This document shows positions 1-14,855 of a stretch of 64,000 nucleotides of DNA, piece by piece. The stretch is from Utricularia gibba (lineage: Eukaryota > Plantae > Magnoliophyta). Numbering within the stretch: the first letter of the stretch is position 1; each line of letters opens with the position of its first letter. The notes beneath the pieces are model-generated. The model saw nothing but the letters and a program-made list of their open reading frames with translations, did no database searches and was not told where the DNA came from. Both the position numbers and the translations under genes were made by a program. Location: positions 4,774,001 to 4,838,000 of the forward strand of contig CM007990.1 in assembly GCA_002189035.1 (NCBI GenBank). Direction: 5' to 3'.

Positions 1-3000
1 TCCCCTTGAAACTGATTCAAGATCACATCAGGCAATCTTAAAAACAACCAAAAACCGCATGCATGTCATAAGACAAGGTTACCTTTAGACTCTGCAAGTG
101 GTTCATCAGAACTGGTAGTGGCATTTTGATTTTATTTGCTAAAGTTGGAAGATGAAAAACATAATGCCCATCCTTTATCTCGGACCTATCTTCATAAATA
201 GCAATGAGTGTTGTTCAAGAAATAATTTCTATTCACTCGAACGTAAAAGCCAGTAATAGCTCTCACTTTCTGAGAATTTCTGCAACCACAACATCTTTTG
301 CTGCGAGAATTGATGGTGAGGTCTGTGAACCTACAAATTAGTTCAAGATTCCAGAAAGAACAACTGTGATAGGAAAAGCTCATCTCACCTGATGGAAATT
401 CATACAGCAAGTGGCATTCACCTCAGGAAGCATCTGAATGTATTTCACTTCACCCAATTCTAACTGTGTCAGAATGGTTAGTATAACCTACGAACCAAAA
501 ACCCATCATCAGATGTTACGCTTCACATATAGAAGTGGAACATTCAACTTTGGGCATTCCTTTTAACTTCTCATATCATAAATCAAAAGGAAATGAGTTT
601 TGGGGCAATTTTGGAATTTCTGCATGCTTTGGAAAATTTTTTTAAAAAAAGAATTAGTGTCTCCCACACGAAAAAGATGCAGGAAGCTGTGTGAAACACC
701 TCTTCTCTCATATCAAATTTAAGAGATGCTGATTCTTTGATGATTGAATAAATTTCACTGGCAGGTGGTCTGCCACTCATAAAAATTTGACTGAGTAACT
801 TGTTGACAGCATATTCATCCACTCCATCACTGAAATCAATGAATATCAAATCTAGTCAGAAACTGAAAATGCTGGATGTTAAAGATTACAAACAAAAGAC
901 AAGATACTACCCCTCCCCTCCTCCCCCCCCAAAAAAAAAAAAAATATAGAACTGTGACTTGAATGATTGGATGGTTACCTATGCATCAAACTACGGAGCT
1001 TAATATAAGTCGCACTGTCCAATAGAAGATGGCAAAATGCTGTCCTCCCATCTCGTCCAGCCCGTCCAATTTCCTGGGGATGTTACAGTTCCAGAATTTT
1101 AAACAAAATTTCCATCAAAACCTCAAGAGGGAAGTGATGAAGAGACATTTAACCTGTACATACTCTTCCAAGCTTTCGGGTATGCTATAATGAATAACCT
1201 GAAATAAGAATTTTGAGATTAGCACCCATTAGCCTTCAATTGAAGAAAGGCGGTAAGGGGTTCTTACAGCTCCAACGTCCCTTTTATCAAGTCCCATGCC
1301 AAATGCTACAGTCGCAACAACCTGTCATGATTGAAGAAAAAACATTGTCATATAAGAATTAATGTCTTTTAGAACATAAAATAATGGCAGTTCTTGTTAC
1401 CACTCTAATCTTGTTCGCACAAAATAAATCCAGCGTACGCATTCTTTCTTTTGCTGGAAGACCACTGTGGTAGCACTACAGAAACAGCAGGAGCTCAATT
1501 TTATATCAATATGCGCATGAAAAGGTCTCATGATATAAATGCTGCAACACTACCTTCGCAGAGATGTTGTTATCACAAAGATGCTTGCTGATAGCCTCTG
1601 TGTCAGACTGCAGAACAAGAAGGAATAAAGTCATAAAAAATACAGAAGACAGCACAATGGGCCAGGAAGAATACCTGAAATTTGCAGTAAACGATGATGC
1701 TGTGAATCTCTGGGAATGGAGAAGATTTGAGAAACGCCATCAAATCCTTCATCCTGAAGCATTTTTTTTTCAAAGTTTAATAAAGTGGAAACTCATATAA
1801 CATATTACTTTTATAGTGCATCAAAATACCTATTATCACTAGTAGAAACGGATAGATGAAAATTATCCCTTAATTTAGCAGTTAGGATAAGATTTGAAGA
1901 TGGGATCTCCAAAACATTCATTATATCTTGCAGAGTTCTCTTTGTTGCAGTTGCAGTCATTGCTAGGATGCACCCTGCATTAAGCTGGCCTCGCAACAAG
2001 GATGCTCTAAGCCTCATATACGAAGGTCGAAAATTGTGAGACCTGTTTTAGTGTAACCACCCAGGTAAATCAGTTAATTGTCAAGAAGAAGAAGAAGAAG
2101 ATACAGTCTGACATCTTAGATAATTATAATGGCTGAGAAACAGATGAATCAGAAAATAAATGGGAGTTCAGCAGGAGCACACCATTCTGAAACACAGTGG
2201 GCTTCATCAACAACAACCAGCGATACTAGTTGGGATTTCAAGGAGGACAAAAATTCTGCATTCAGAAACCTCTCTGGAGACACAAACAGGACCTGCAAGT
2301 GGATAAGAATATGAGACACCAATTTTGAGTAACTGAGTAAGGATCAGAATCAACCAAGGAATCGAGAAAACCTTTATTTCTCCCTGTTGAAGTGACCTAA
2401 GTGTTTCCGAAGCCTCCACTATTGTCTAAATAACAATCAACCAATAGTTACTAAACCGAAAAACCCAATCAAGCATAATAAAACTCTGAGATACAAGATA
2501 CCTGATTGCTACAAATAGACCTCCTCGAATTCCTGGAGGTAGCTTCTTGAGCTGATCAATCATCAAAGCCACTAAAGGGCTAACAACAAGTGTGATTCCT
2601 GGAAGCACTAGTGCAGGCAACTGATAGCACAGCGACTTGCCGGCACCTGTAGGCAAGACAAGCATTGTGGATTTCATAGAAAGCACCATTTTTATCGCCT
2701 CTAATTGACCCTCCTTAAATGAATCATAACCATATACAACATTTAACAACTTCAGCAAACTCTCATCGGATGCCTCATCTCTCACTTTCATTACAGCCTC
2801 TTCTAGTAACTCTGCATCATACCGCAGATTCCTTTGTGCATTCTCTGTATCCAAAACTACGCTTTCTTCATCAATATTACGGCTCCCTTCTGCCTCAACC
2901 GCACTAGACTTGTAATTTCTAGACCATTTGCGCCGCTTACTAAAGCCTTGCCTTCTATTTTTAAACGAAAACCTTTTCCTCCCATAACCGTTGATATTGA

Positions 3001-3608
3001 GCTTCACAAAATTCCCTTCATTTACATGTTTTACCTTTTTAACTTGTACACGACGAGAATCATTCCCACCAATCAAATTTATAAAATTTGTCACCTTTTT
3101 GGGAATACTACCCTTTCCACCAGCCGCCTCCTCAGGAACTTCTCCCGATACCGCACTTGCATCAGAAATCTCACTTCGTGTCATATCTGTATTTTCTGGT
3201 TGAAAGTCTACATTCTTACCGTTACTTCCCAAAAAAGATGAGTGCCTCGTGACACAACGACCTCCAAGGAGAAGCCCATCATGCGCCAACTTACTTTCCT
3301 CGATATTGGACAATTTCTTGATCTGAAACGGCAAATTTGAAAAATAGGAGTGGCATCGACCGGCTTCAATGGGGATCCAACAAGTTTTTGACGGGGGTTT
3401 GATTTTTTCTTCGAATTTTCGGCTTCAACAGAATTCTCGAAGTTGCAGACGTGGACGCTGACTCTCTGGTCACTGGCCTATTCAAGAATATAGCAGGGGC
3501 GCCGCGAGAGATCAGCCGCGGAGAAGCAGATGCTGCCAGTGACGGCGAACTAGGCGGCGTCGCCGAGATGTGGGAGCCATCCGTATCTGAACCCGAATCA
3601 AACTCCAT
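1..3608 (-). CDS. RECQL5: ATP-dependent DNA helicase RecQ, plant RECQL5 (RECQL4/Sld2-like); multi-exon, 3' end beyond the left edge of the window
   Basis: ATG at 3608 gives MEFDSGSDTDGSHISATPP. Motifs: NFVKLNI, YGYDSFKEGQ, motif I LPTGAGKSLCYQ, VVVDEAHCVSE (exon about 2180-2295), ILAMTATAT, VATVAFGMGLDK, DGVDEYAV. The frame needs single-base restorations near 3385, 3340 and 2513. Confidence 0.92.
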
Positions 3609-3711
3609 GAAAAGCAACAACCAGAATCCACCTTCAGATGTTTAAAAAAAAAAAAAAAAAAAAAAACGCATCCTACATTCCCATGTTCCGCCTGTGAGGC
3701 GCGAGCAGAAT

Positions 3712-3719
3712 TTTCCCGC
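3712..3719 (+). promoter_or_regulatory. E2F-binding consensus TTTCCCGC about 100 bp upstream of the RecQ start codon
   Basis: Exact match to the plant E2F element, in the proximal promoter of a replication/repair helicase. Confidence 0.55.
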
Positions 3720-4164
3720 TCATTTGTAACCGAATACCTAAAAGCGCTTTCCGTCCTCTGCATCTCAAACACGCTTTTAGCCTCTTCAAAGTACATCATT
3801 TTTTGTCACTCCAAAAAAAAAGGCAAAAGTTCCAATGAAAATCTTATCTCTACTATTTGATTCAAATGAAATGTTTAATTTTCATTAACATAATTGGTTC
3901 CCAATTTTCGACGTAACAAACATGTTTAATTCTCCAAAATTTGAAATATTGGACAACATTAGTGTTCAATGTTTTCAAATTTCATTTGCTTTCACTGGGA
4001 TTAAGCATGTATTACAACAGGGCAGGTATCATATGGCATTATGCTGCTACAGCCTATCAACCTGGCCACAAGAATAAGGGATGTATACAAGTTTGAGCTA
4101 AACTAATGTGTAAACATATCAGAGGAAGAAAATAGTAACAGAAGGCTTCTGGTGTGAGAGCCAC

Positions 4165-7100
4165 CTACATGATCGTGCAACTGCACTTCGAATCGAGCTT
4201 CGGAGTAACCGTGCTCCAGTCGATGCAAGCAGTTGACTTGGCTTCTGCTTCTAGTCTTCTATGTTGGGATTTATGGATTTTGGAGCTCTGTCTACCAGAA
4301 GTGAGTTTGGAAGGAACTCCGTCAGGACAGATATCTCTATTTTTGGCATGGTTTGTAATGTCATGGAATGTGGAGCAGCAGAGTAGGATCACATCTGTAG
4401 TAATTTCTTGTGCACGGTTTCTGGAACCCTGTTTGCCTTCTGGAACAGTGGTCGTTGGTGCTTCTGCAATCAGCAAGGAAGGATTGTGTTAGAGGAGAAG
4501 CACAATTTATTACATTAAACAAAAGCTTGTATCATGTTTCTTTTTCTTGGCATCCTAAAGCAGGCAAAAAGCGGAATCTGGAAGGTGCATTCCAAGACCT
4601 GTAATCGCTGCAATGGAGACTTCAGGTGTTTCAACATGATCATCCTGTATTTCTGGAACTTTTCCCACACATTCAATCAAAACATTCTTGGAATTTGTGG
4701 AAACTAAGCCATGGTGTGATTCAGCAGGTACCATATCAAAACTTCTTTCTAATTCTGATGTGGTATCCAATGTACCTAACTGCATGGCCACAACAGCATC
4801 AATCATATCAAAACATGATCTCTGTGGAGTGTCCTGACTACAGAATTGCAAATTTGGCGTTGACGTTTCTGCATTTGTTGAGTCCTTGGGATTTCTAGTC
4901 CACTCTGATGCCTCCTCAAGCACTGTTGGCTCTTCAGTGGCAGCAGTCTTACTCTCTGCTTCTATATGTTCAGAAGCCAGTGGCAGCTCCTGAGTTCTCA
5001 CTTCACCATATCTCCTCAAATTCATGACCTCAATCCACCTTCCGAAGAACAAGGCATCATGCATGGAAACCGAAACACAGACGAGAATTGGGACTTTCCT
5101 ATCTCTTCACATAGGTGGTGTTCCATATCAGGTTTGCTGACAGAAGGCTTCCAGTTTAGATGAGCCCCTATGGAGCTCCTTAGACTTGTTAAGCTATCCC
5201 TCAAATATGATACATCATCGTAGCTGGTATTGCTTGTCTTGTAACTTCGACTGGGAACAATGTGTCCTTGAACACTACTTGATCTCTTGAGCAGCTTTGA
5301 TATTCCATAAGAGTCAACCAGCTGCTTTTGATTATGGATGGAATTATCACCCACAGGGAGCTTCGGCTTCCGATTCGACATTGCTGGGTCCTTTTTGCAA
5401 GGCACATAGGATGAATCTTGACCCTTGTCAACAATATTTGCAGCATAATCCATTTCCATTGCTGATGCAGACTGCTCTGACACAGTCACACCAGGGACTG
5501 CATTTACAGTTGCTCTGCCCACTGGAAGAAATGAATATGGATTAGCTTCTGCATTCCTACAATCAGGACAAAGCTGTTGATCTCCCAACACATCTAGTTC
5601 AATCAAATGACATCTGATGTAGCACTCAGAGCATAGTTTTCTTCCTGATGCTCCATCCATGGCTACTTCAACAGCACCTACATGTGATAATACTGTGAAG
5701 AGATCATTCACTCCTGGATTTCTGTCATCAGCTTCTTTATATGCAGCATTGGGTTGATCCGCAGAGAAAACTTTGCCACCACCACCGGCTTGTGTCTTCG
5801 AAAAGTCTTTGCTTGTGTCATCCTGGTTATCCTCACCTTCAGTACCCAGGGATCCAATTATACTCCGGCCAAGAGTACCATTGCTGCTAGTTGGGAATGA
5901 AGATTTTCTGGACTTAGGAGAGCATGTCCGGGTGCTTTCTTTTCCAGCACATAATGCTGAGCTTGGGACACTTGAAAACAGGGGTCGAAACATATTACGA
6001 GAGCCCTCCTTATCCTGCAGAATTGTACCATAACATAAGCATCACTAACAGACAGAAAAATCAGCAAATAGACACCTACCACTTGTCTAAGGACCACATC
6101 GAAGGGCCTTTTAGGATGGGAACCAGCAAAGCTGTTCACTGATTTTTTGGACAATCCCAAAGGTCTATTGTTTGGCAGAGACCGAATGCGCCTTTGAACT
6201 AAGGTATCAGAGCAGCTGAGGGTCTTAGATAGTGGTGAGTAGGCATTATCATCTCCAGATGAGATGACTGAAACTTTCCTGCAAGAGATAGATTCTTTCC
6301 TTTCATTACTACGAAATGAGCTGAGACTTTTAGAAGCTGCCGGGGAGATGGATTGCCTGCCATTTCTGGAGTCACATTTTGATGCTGATGAGCACCTGAC
6401 AGATAATCCCGGCCTACAGCCCAATGATGTACGAAGATTAGGGGGCACTTCGCTGGAAAATCCAGGGATATTCAGCTGCCAGGCTTTAATGTTTGGGGAA
6501 ACAGAGTAATCAACACTTGTCTTCACAGGTGATGTCCCTGTTCTCCTGGATTGGGAAGCATTCGCTGAACCAGTGCTCAACCTAGTAGGAGTTAGAACAC
6601 CAGATTTTGCAGCCGGTGTTGATTTACGTGGCGATGGAGATTGCCTTCTCGATGAACAAGAAGGACTCAAACAACGAGGACTTGGACTCCTCCTAGCACT
6701 GGTGTAACTCTTCTCCACCTATGATTGCACTAAAAGCTCAGCAACGAGGATGATGAAAAACATCATATAGTATAAACAATCAATTCATTATTCAGTCTAC
6801 CACAGACGATCGTGAAACAGGAACATGTTGACTTCTCAGGTTGCTTAGCAGCTCATGATCAAGTGCTGGTGCCCCATCATCCAAGAAAGAAAAGAGGGGG
6901 CTTTCTGGAGGTGTGATCAGCCTGGATTTAATAAAAATACCAAGAGAGTATAAGAAGAGAAAAGGAAACTTATCTCAAGCAGCCAACCAGTCAAACTTAT
7001 CAAACCAAGAGAAGAGGGAAAAAGAATGATTTTTGCCAATGAAAAGTACCAACCACTCATAATCATTTTTTTCTACAGCATTTAGCAGGTCACTGGCCTT

Positions 7101-7377
7101 TCCTGGAGATACTTGTTTCAGTTTTGTTGCTGTCAATGCCATAAATAATGAGAAAAACTGAGGAAAATTCAGTTCTACAGGATGAAAACAATCAAAAAGC
7201 AAGGAGTAAGAAATTACAAAAGATGTTGAGGTCATAAGTTGATTGAAGCAAAAAATTATCCCTTTGTTTGCTCTGCACCTCATTGAACAGAGCCAGATCA
7301 TCATGTTTCTCATCATAATGTTTCTCAGCTTTCATCTCCCTGCTTTGAGGAATTCTAGGAGCAGGAGAAGGAGGCAT
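4165..7377 (-). CDS. Uncharacterised Ser/Pro-rich protein, At1g27850 / basic proline-rich (BPP) microtubule-associated family-like, divergent
   Basis: ATG 7377 MPPSPAPR..DDLALFNEVQ..FLLQS; spliced exons give SDLLNAVEKNDYEW-LITPPESPLF, IKAWQLNIPGFSSEVPPNLRTSL, RNMFRPLFSSVPS and TTDVILLCCSTFHD; ends KCSCTIM-stop at 4165. One frameshift near 5073. Confidence 0.8.
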
Positions 7378-8959
7378 ATCCAAGACTGCTTCACAAAATA
7401 AACACCCAAGAAAAATAACTTCATGATCTCAAATCTAAACCTCCTAATCATGAAGCTCCATTTACCACTGAAACTACAAGCCCAAATCGCCTTTGCACTC
7501 AGAAAGAGAGAAGATGTGTCATTTTTCGCTCAAATGCATTCTGCCATGAGCTCACGGCTCCAGCTCCATACATACGAACCACTATCATATTTGAAATCTA
7601 GACGTCGCCAAGCAAACACTCCCTCAAGCAGTGTAGCAAGACCTACAAATGAGGTGAAGCTTTAGGCATCCAAGAAGTGTGGCTCCTTCAATGGGATGAG
7701 ACAGATCAAGACGAATTGAGGATCACGAACGGAGAGAGAACCCCTAGATGTAGACAGAAGCAGAGAATAAAGCTTGATAAAAAGGTTGTTCACGTGGATG
7801 GTGGATTGCGAAGCGACAGAGAGAAATGCGCAACGGATAGCTGCAGAATTACCTCCACTAGCGACTGAAGAAATGATAGATAGGATGGCAGATAAAAAAC
7901 CAGTCTTTCAACTGTTTCCTTCCCTCAACTCCTCATTTACCTTTCCCATGCATCAAAAATTTGAAAATTTGAATACAGCTAAACCATCTCTTATATCTGC
8001 TGCATCGAAGATCACATCATCAACAAAGTTTGTTCCTTCCTTCATTTCACATGCAATGGGAAAAATACTAATGGCAAAATCAGCCAACAGATGACTCCTG
8101 ATAGAAACTCAAGTTACAATCATCCAATGCAGGGGTGGGAACTAGAAAGAAATACCACGAAAACCCGAGAAATTATCAGTTTTTTCGATGCTGGCTTACT
8201 GTTCGTTTCAGTAAGATTCTCATATGTTGTGCTGCCCCATGCTATTTTCCATGGACTTTCATTTTCAGATTGAAGGTCGAGTTATTGCTGGCATTATTAC
8301 CAAGGACTCAGGACCACCCAGAAACAACTTATTATTACTGCGATTATTTGGCACTACACAGTCAAAGCTTTTTCATTTATGGTGTACAATCACATCCTGC
8401 ATTGGTGAACGGATAAGGGTTGTTTTCAAAGTCTTACTTTGATGTTCTACCATCTTTAACATTAACAATTTGAACAAGGAAGGTATCTGCACAAATTTCG
8501 ATGATGCTGTCCGTCAATGGCAGATGATCAGCTTTGAGTGTGTATAAGCCAGAGTTAAGTTTACGTTTTCTACGTTTTCTACCACCTCCAACAAGAGGAT
8601 TTGAATCAATCGATGAAATTTTCTATCTTTCTTGCTAAAAAGCGGCTCCGTGGAATATGGGACTCTGATGAGTTTCGTTCCCAGGAAGAGAAATCCGAAG
8701 TCTACAACTTGTGTTTGGGAATCAGAATATTCCATTAGCACAAGGTATATGTATACCTCTACGAAGAAGATGCTTTGTAATTTGGTCAACATGTTCGTGA
8801 TTACAGCTTGTGATGACTCTTATCTAAATAGCAAATATGTAAATGGCTGTATTGGTTTCACGCTTTGGCCAAATAAGAAAAAAAAAGTGTTCCTTCACGG
8901 CAGGTATTCATCCCTGTTCTTAATTCCTCTTGTCTCTGCTTTTCCTTTCTGTGGCACCA

Positions 8960-9720
8960 ATGGATATCCCACAAATCTTTGATTCTCCACTCTCATCTTT
9001 CATTCTTTTTTTCATCTTCACCTACATCCTGGGATATTTCATCATCTTCAAGAATTGGAGCATTAAGTTCAGAGCCGAGGCTTCAAGTTGTCTCATGTCA
9101 TTAGCCCACGGCACACCTGTGCTTGTCATGTCCATAATCTCGATATTTCATTCTCAAAATGACTTATCTTTATTTGAATTTGCCACAGCAAGATTCGATC
9201 TCTCCCTCCAAAACACAGAATTTCAGTACAGGGTTCTTGAGTTCAGCACTGCCTATTTCTTGATGGATCTTCTACACTACTTTGTCTGGAATCCAAGAAA
9301 TTACCTCTTCATTGCACATCACGTTGTCACTCTTTATGTACTAATGACATGTAGGTATCTGTTTGATCATGGGGCAGCGGCCATTCTTGGCATCCTTATT
9401 CTTGCTGAGATCACAACTTCTTGCCAGAATTCATGGAGCCTTGCCAGACTTCGAAAATTTGATTCAGAGAAAGCTGCATCCGTTTTCGAGTTTATCTCTC
9501 CCATTTTTTATGGATACTATTCTCTAGTAAGAGGGATTGTTGCACCTCTGTTTGTGATGAAGATCATATACTTTTTTGCAACAACTGATGTTGTTCCCAT
9601 CTGGGCATGGATTTCTTGGATTGTTGTAACACTGGGGGAATTGGATTTAGCTTGCTCTGGGTTTCCCATCTGTGGATGGATTTGTACAGAAGAAAATTTG
9701 GAGTCAAAAAGCTCAATTAA
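8960..9720 (+). CDS. TLC (TRAM/LAG1/CLN8) domain membrane protein, At5g14285-like, intronless
   Basis: EASSCLMSLAHGTP, LEFSTAYFLMDLLHY, FIAHHVVTLYV, AEITTSCQNSW. Adding one G in the run at 9634-9638 restores GGIGFSLLWVSHLWMDLYRRK-stop at 9718-9720. Confidence 0.88.
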
Positions 9721-10009
9721 GGCGTCTGTGTTATTTGCCATCTGCAAATATGGCAAGTTCCACCTGTTGTACTTGCTACTGTAGATTCATAGAAATTCAT
9801 GTATACCCTTGTTCATTGTATGAATTTCGAACATAAAGCATTACAAATTGCCCTTGTATGCATGCCTAAGTAAACACCCTGTAATTTCATGAAAACAAGG
9901 CTCTTTCTTTTCTGCTTCAGTCTTCTCTTCTTCTGGTGCACTTTCGCTCAAGAATGTTGATTATGCGATCTGTGGACACATAATCTCAGGCACCACAGCA
10001 GTAATTCAT

Positions 10010-11630
10010 TCATCTAGACTTCATTTTCCTTATGAAGTTTTCGATCACCTCAACTGCATCATACATATGAGATCTCTGGCTTCTTGCAAGAGCAACGAAC
10101 ATGTGTTATATCTAGGCCGCAAGTTACAGCGAACCATTTCAGAGAACAATTCGTACGCCCATTTGCGTTTATTCGCTCTGCAAAGTCCATGTATCAAAAG
10201 AGTGAAAGTTGCCAAGTCAAGACACAAATGGTGCTTCTTGACCATGTCATCTAACAGCCCAGATAGCCGTTCCTCCATTTTCATATCCCGGAAGCATGCC
10301 TTGAGCAGAGGATGAAACGACTGAACATCAGGTTTACAGTATGGCGAATTCTCCAATTCACTCAGAAACTGCAAAGCTGTTTGCTCTTGTCTGTTATGAC
10401 AAAACATGGAAATCATTGTATTGTAAGTTGAGGTACTCGGATCCACTCCATTTTTAGGCATTTCCCTCCTAAAAACATGTAAAGCCTCATCAATCTCACC
10501 AGCCCTGCCAAGTGTATGCAGCAAAGCATTATAGAACATAGTATCAGGTTTGCAGCCCATCACCTTCATCTTCTGGGGTATCTGCAATGCTTCTTGATGC
10601 TTCCCTTGCTTCGTCAAATAATGGATAAGAGTAGTGAAGGTGACTACATTTGGAGGACACCCTTCAGCTGCCATTTCTTCAAGGAGCTCATAAACCCTGT
10701 CAAAGTTTCCTGCACTGCAATAGAATTCAATTACAGTCGAGTAGCTAATAACACAAGGCTCAAAACCATGGCCTTTCATCTCTTCAATGGTCCAATGTGC
10801 TTCCTCGACTCGATTCACTTTGCACCAGCCATGGATGAAAATATTGTAAGTATTTGCATTAGGAGGGATATCAGATTTCAGCTCCAGGAACAGTTTACGT
10901 GCCTCTTCAACTCTTCTCCCCTTCGAAAGAGTGTCGAGTAACAAGTTCATAGCTTCTGTATCCTTCCTCAATCCATAGTTTTCCAACTCATTGAACATTT
11001 TAACAGCAGCTCGCCAATCTCGAGCACCTGCAAATCTTCTCATTACATTGGCAACGGTATTCAGAGAGATGATGCCACATCTGCACATTTCATCCACAAG
11101 TGCCTTCATTTGGTCCATCTGCTTTGCCTTTCCCAAGATATCCACCATCTTGTCATATGCTTCTGGCTGAGGTTTGTAGGAAGAACATGATTCCGCCCAC
11201 CTAAAACACCCAAAGCAGACTTCCAATCGTCTTCGAACCGATGAAGCAGATCCATTACCATACTGTCTGTGACTTCCAAATTGATGGATCCGAGGTTCTG
11301 CAACATAGATTGCAACACTGGGCCTTCGCTATTCCGACCAAGAACCATGTCGATAACCGCATCCACGCCATCTTTTCTTTGAAAGTATCTCACTCTTTTG
11401 CACGAAAATTCGTTTTCTGGCACGCAACACCGCTCCAGCGGCACAGCCTCGGAAACAGAAAAATGGCGGAAGCAGTTCCCAGAGGCGGCAACTGAGGGGC
11501 CTCCCCGATGAACAATGTTTTTGAATTCAAATAGGGATCTGCCATGCCTAACCATGAAGCAGCAGGCAGCGCGCCACAGAGATAAAAGCAGTATCTCCAA
11601 ATCATGAAAAAACACAAAGCGCTGCCTCAT
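10010..11630 (-). CDS. P-class pentatricopeptide repeat protein, At3g04130-like (probably mitochondrial), intronless
   Basis: About 10 tandem 35-aa PPR motifs (AYDKMVDILGK, TYNIFIHGWCK, SYSTVIEFYC, TFTTLIHYL, FYNALLHTLGRAG, TYNTMISMFC). Two ORFs (11106-11723 and 10045-11226) join with one extra base near 11203; a second shift near 10068 restores MYDAVEVIENFIRKMKSR-stop. The start codon is uncertain (11630 or 11552). Confidence 0.9.
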
Positions 11631-12168
11631 TTCACTGCTCGTAAACGAAAAGGAACTAACAAAAGAAAAAAACCCATCATTTGATCTCTTCAGCGCCCAT
11701 AACCAGCGACCCACCTGCGACAAATCGCAAAGATCCCTCTTTTGTGCACAGCGTTCTCACCTCCCCCGATCCTCGATCCTCTCTTTCATCGTATTCTGCA
11801 CATACATCACGGGCTGAGGAAGACCAACCACAAACCCATCTCCATGGCCCAAATCTGTCCCAATCCCATTTCGCTTCAAAAATTAATACGGCAAGGCAGT
11901 TACTATACTATAAGTCAGAAATTTTTTAAAAAAACATAGCTCTCGTAAGCCGTAATTGACTCGAAGATAATTCCAAATCGAATCCATGATTTATGTAATT
12001 TTAAAACTGGGGCTACAGGAGCCAAACAGGTGACAAGTATCCTCAAACAAAACGACAACCGCACAACTGTAACAGGACATCAACGATCTCCAGAAACGAG
12101 ACTCATTTCTTAAAAGAAGACCCCGGCAGCCGGGAAGGGAAAACTCGGGGCAACCGTTAACCATGTCT

Positions 12169-14274
<2,106 letters not shown>

Positions 14275-14350
14275 TGCAAAATCTACAACGGTCACCCCGA
14301 GACAAAAGCTAAAAAAAACAGTGAGACATGGGAGTGGGGTTTGGCCTCTT

Positions 14351-14358
14351 TATTTATA
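14351..14358 (-). promoter_or_regulatory. TATA box (TATAAATA) of GAPC
   Basis: Exact TATAAATA on the minus strand about 80 bp upstream of the ATG; a CCAAT pentamer lies at 14371-14375. Confidence 0.6.
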
Positions 14359-14503
14359 GTCGAAGGGCGACCAATAAAAAAAACCCTTGGGCGGTTCGAA
14401 CCGGTGGGCCAAAACTGCGGATCTACGTTCCTTCTTGACAAACAAGAAAAATATTTTCTTTGTTTTTTTCTTTTTTTTTTCTGTCCCAACAAACACACGA
14501 TCT

Positions 14504-14575
14504 TTCTAGAACTCGAATATTCCTTTCTCAAGGAAAAATAAATCCAGAATATTCGGACAACGATTTCAAGAATTC
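14504..14575. promoter_or_regulatory. Cluster of heat-shock-element-like nGAAnnTTCn / nTTCnnGAAn dyads upstream of GAPC
   Basis: TTCtaGAA, GAAtaTTC (twice) and TTCaaGAA within 72 bp; no perfect three-unit HSE. Confidence 0.3.
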
Positions 14576-14855
14576 GACCGTTAATAAATTTCCCAAGCGG
14601 AATAATTTCATCAATGTAGCAGTTCTGCTAGTTGTGATAACCTGTGGATCCAATGCAAAATCATGATGGGTATTTTTGGCTGGACTCTGTGATTTCCCAA
14701 GTGTTGAATCTGTTCTACAAAAAGGGATATTGAACAACATCATGCAACAACATTTCCACAACACAGAGTCCTCCCTCATAACTTGCATAAGAGCTACTGT
14801 CTGGCAGGGGAAGAAGCAATACAGCAATCTACAGGATGCACAGAGAGCCCCCAAG

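Noticed and set aside
14393-14402. GGTTCGAACC resembling a tRNA T-loop / B-box
   Set aside because: No cloverleaf, A-box or acceptor stem; it is a short palindrome in the GAPC promoter.
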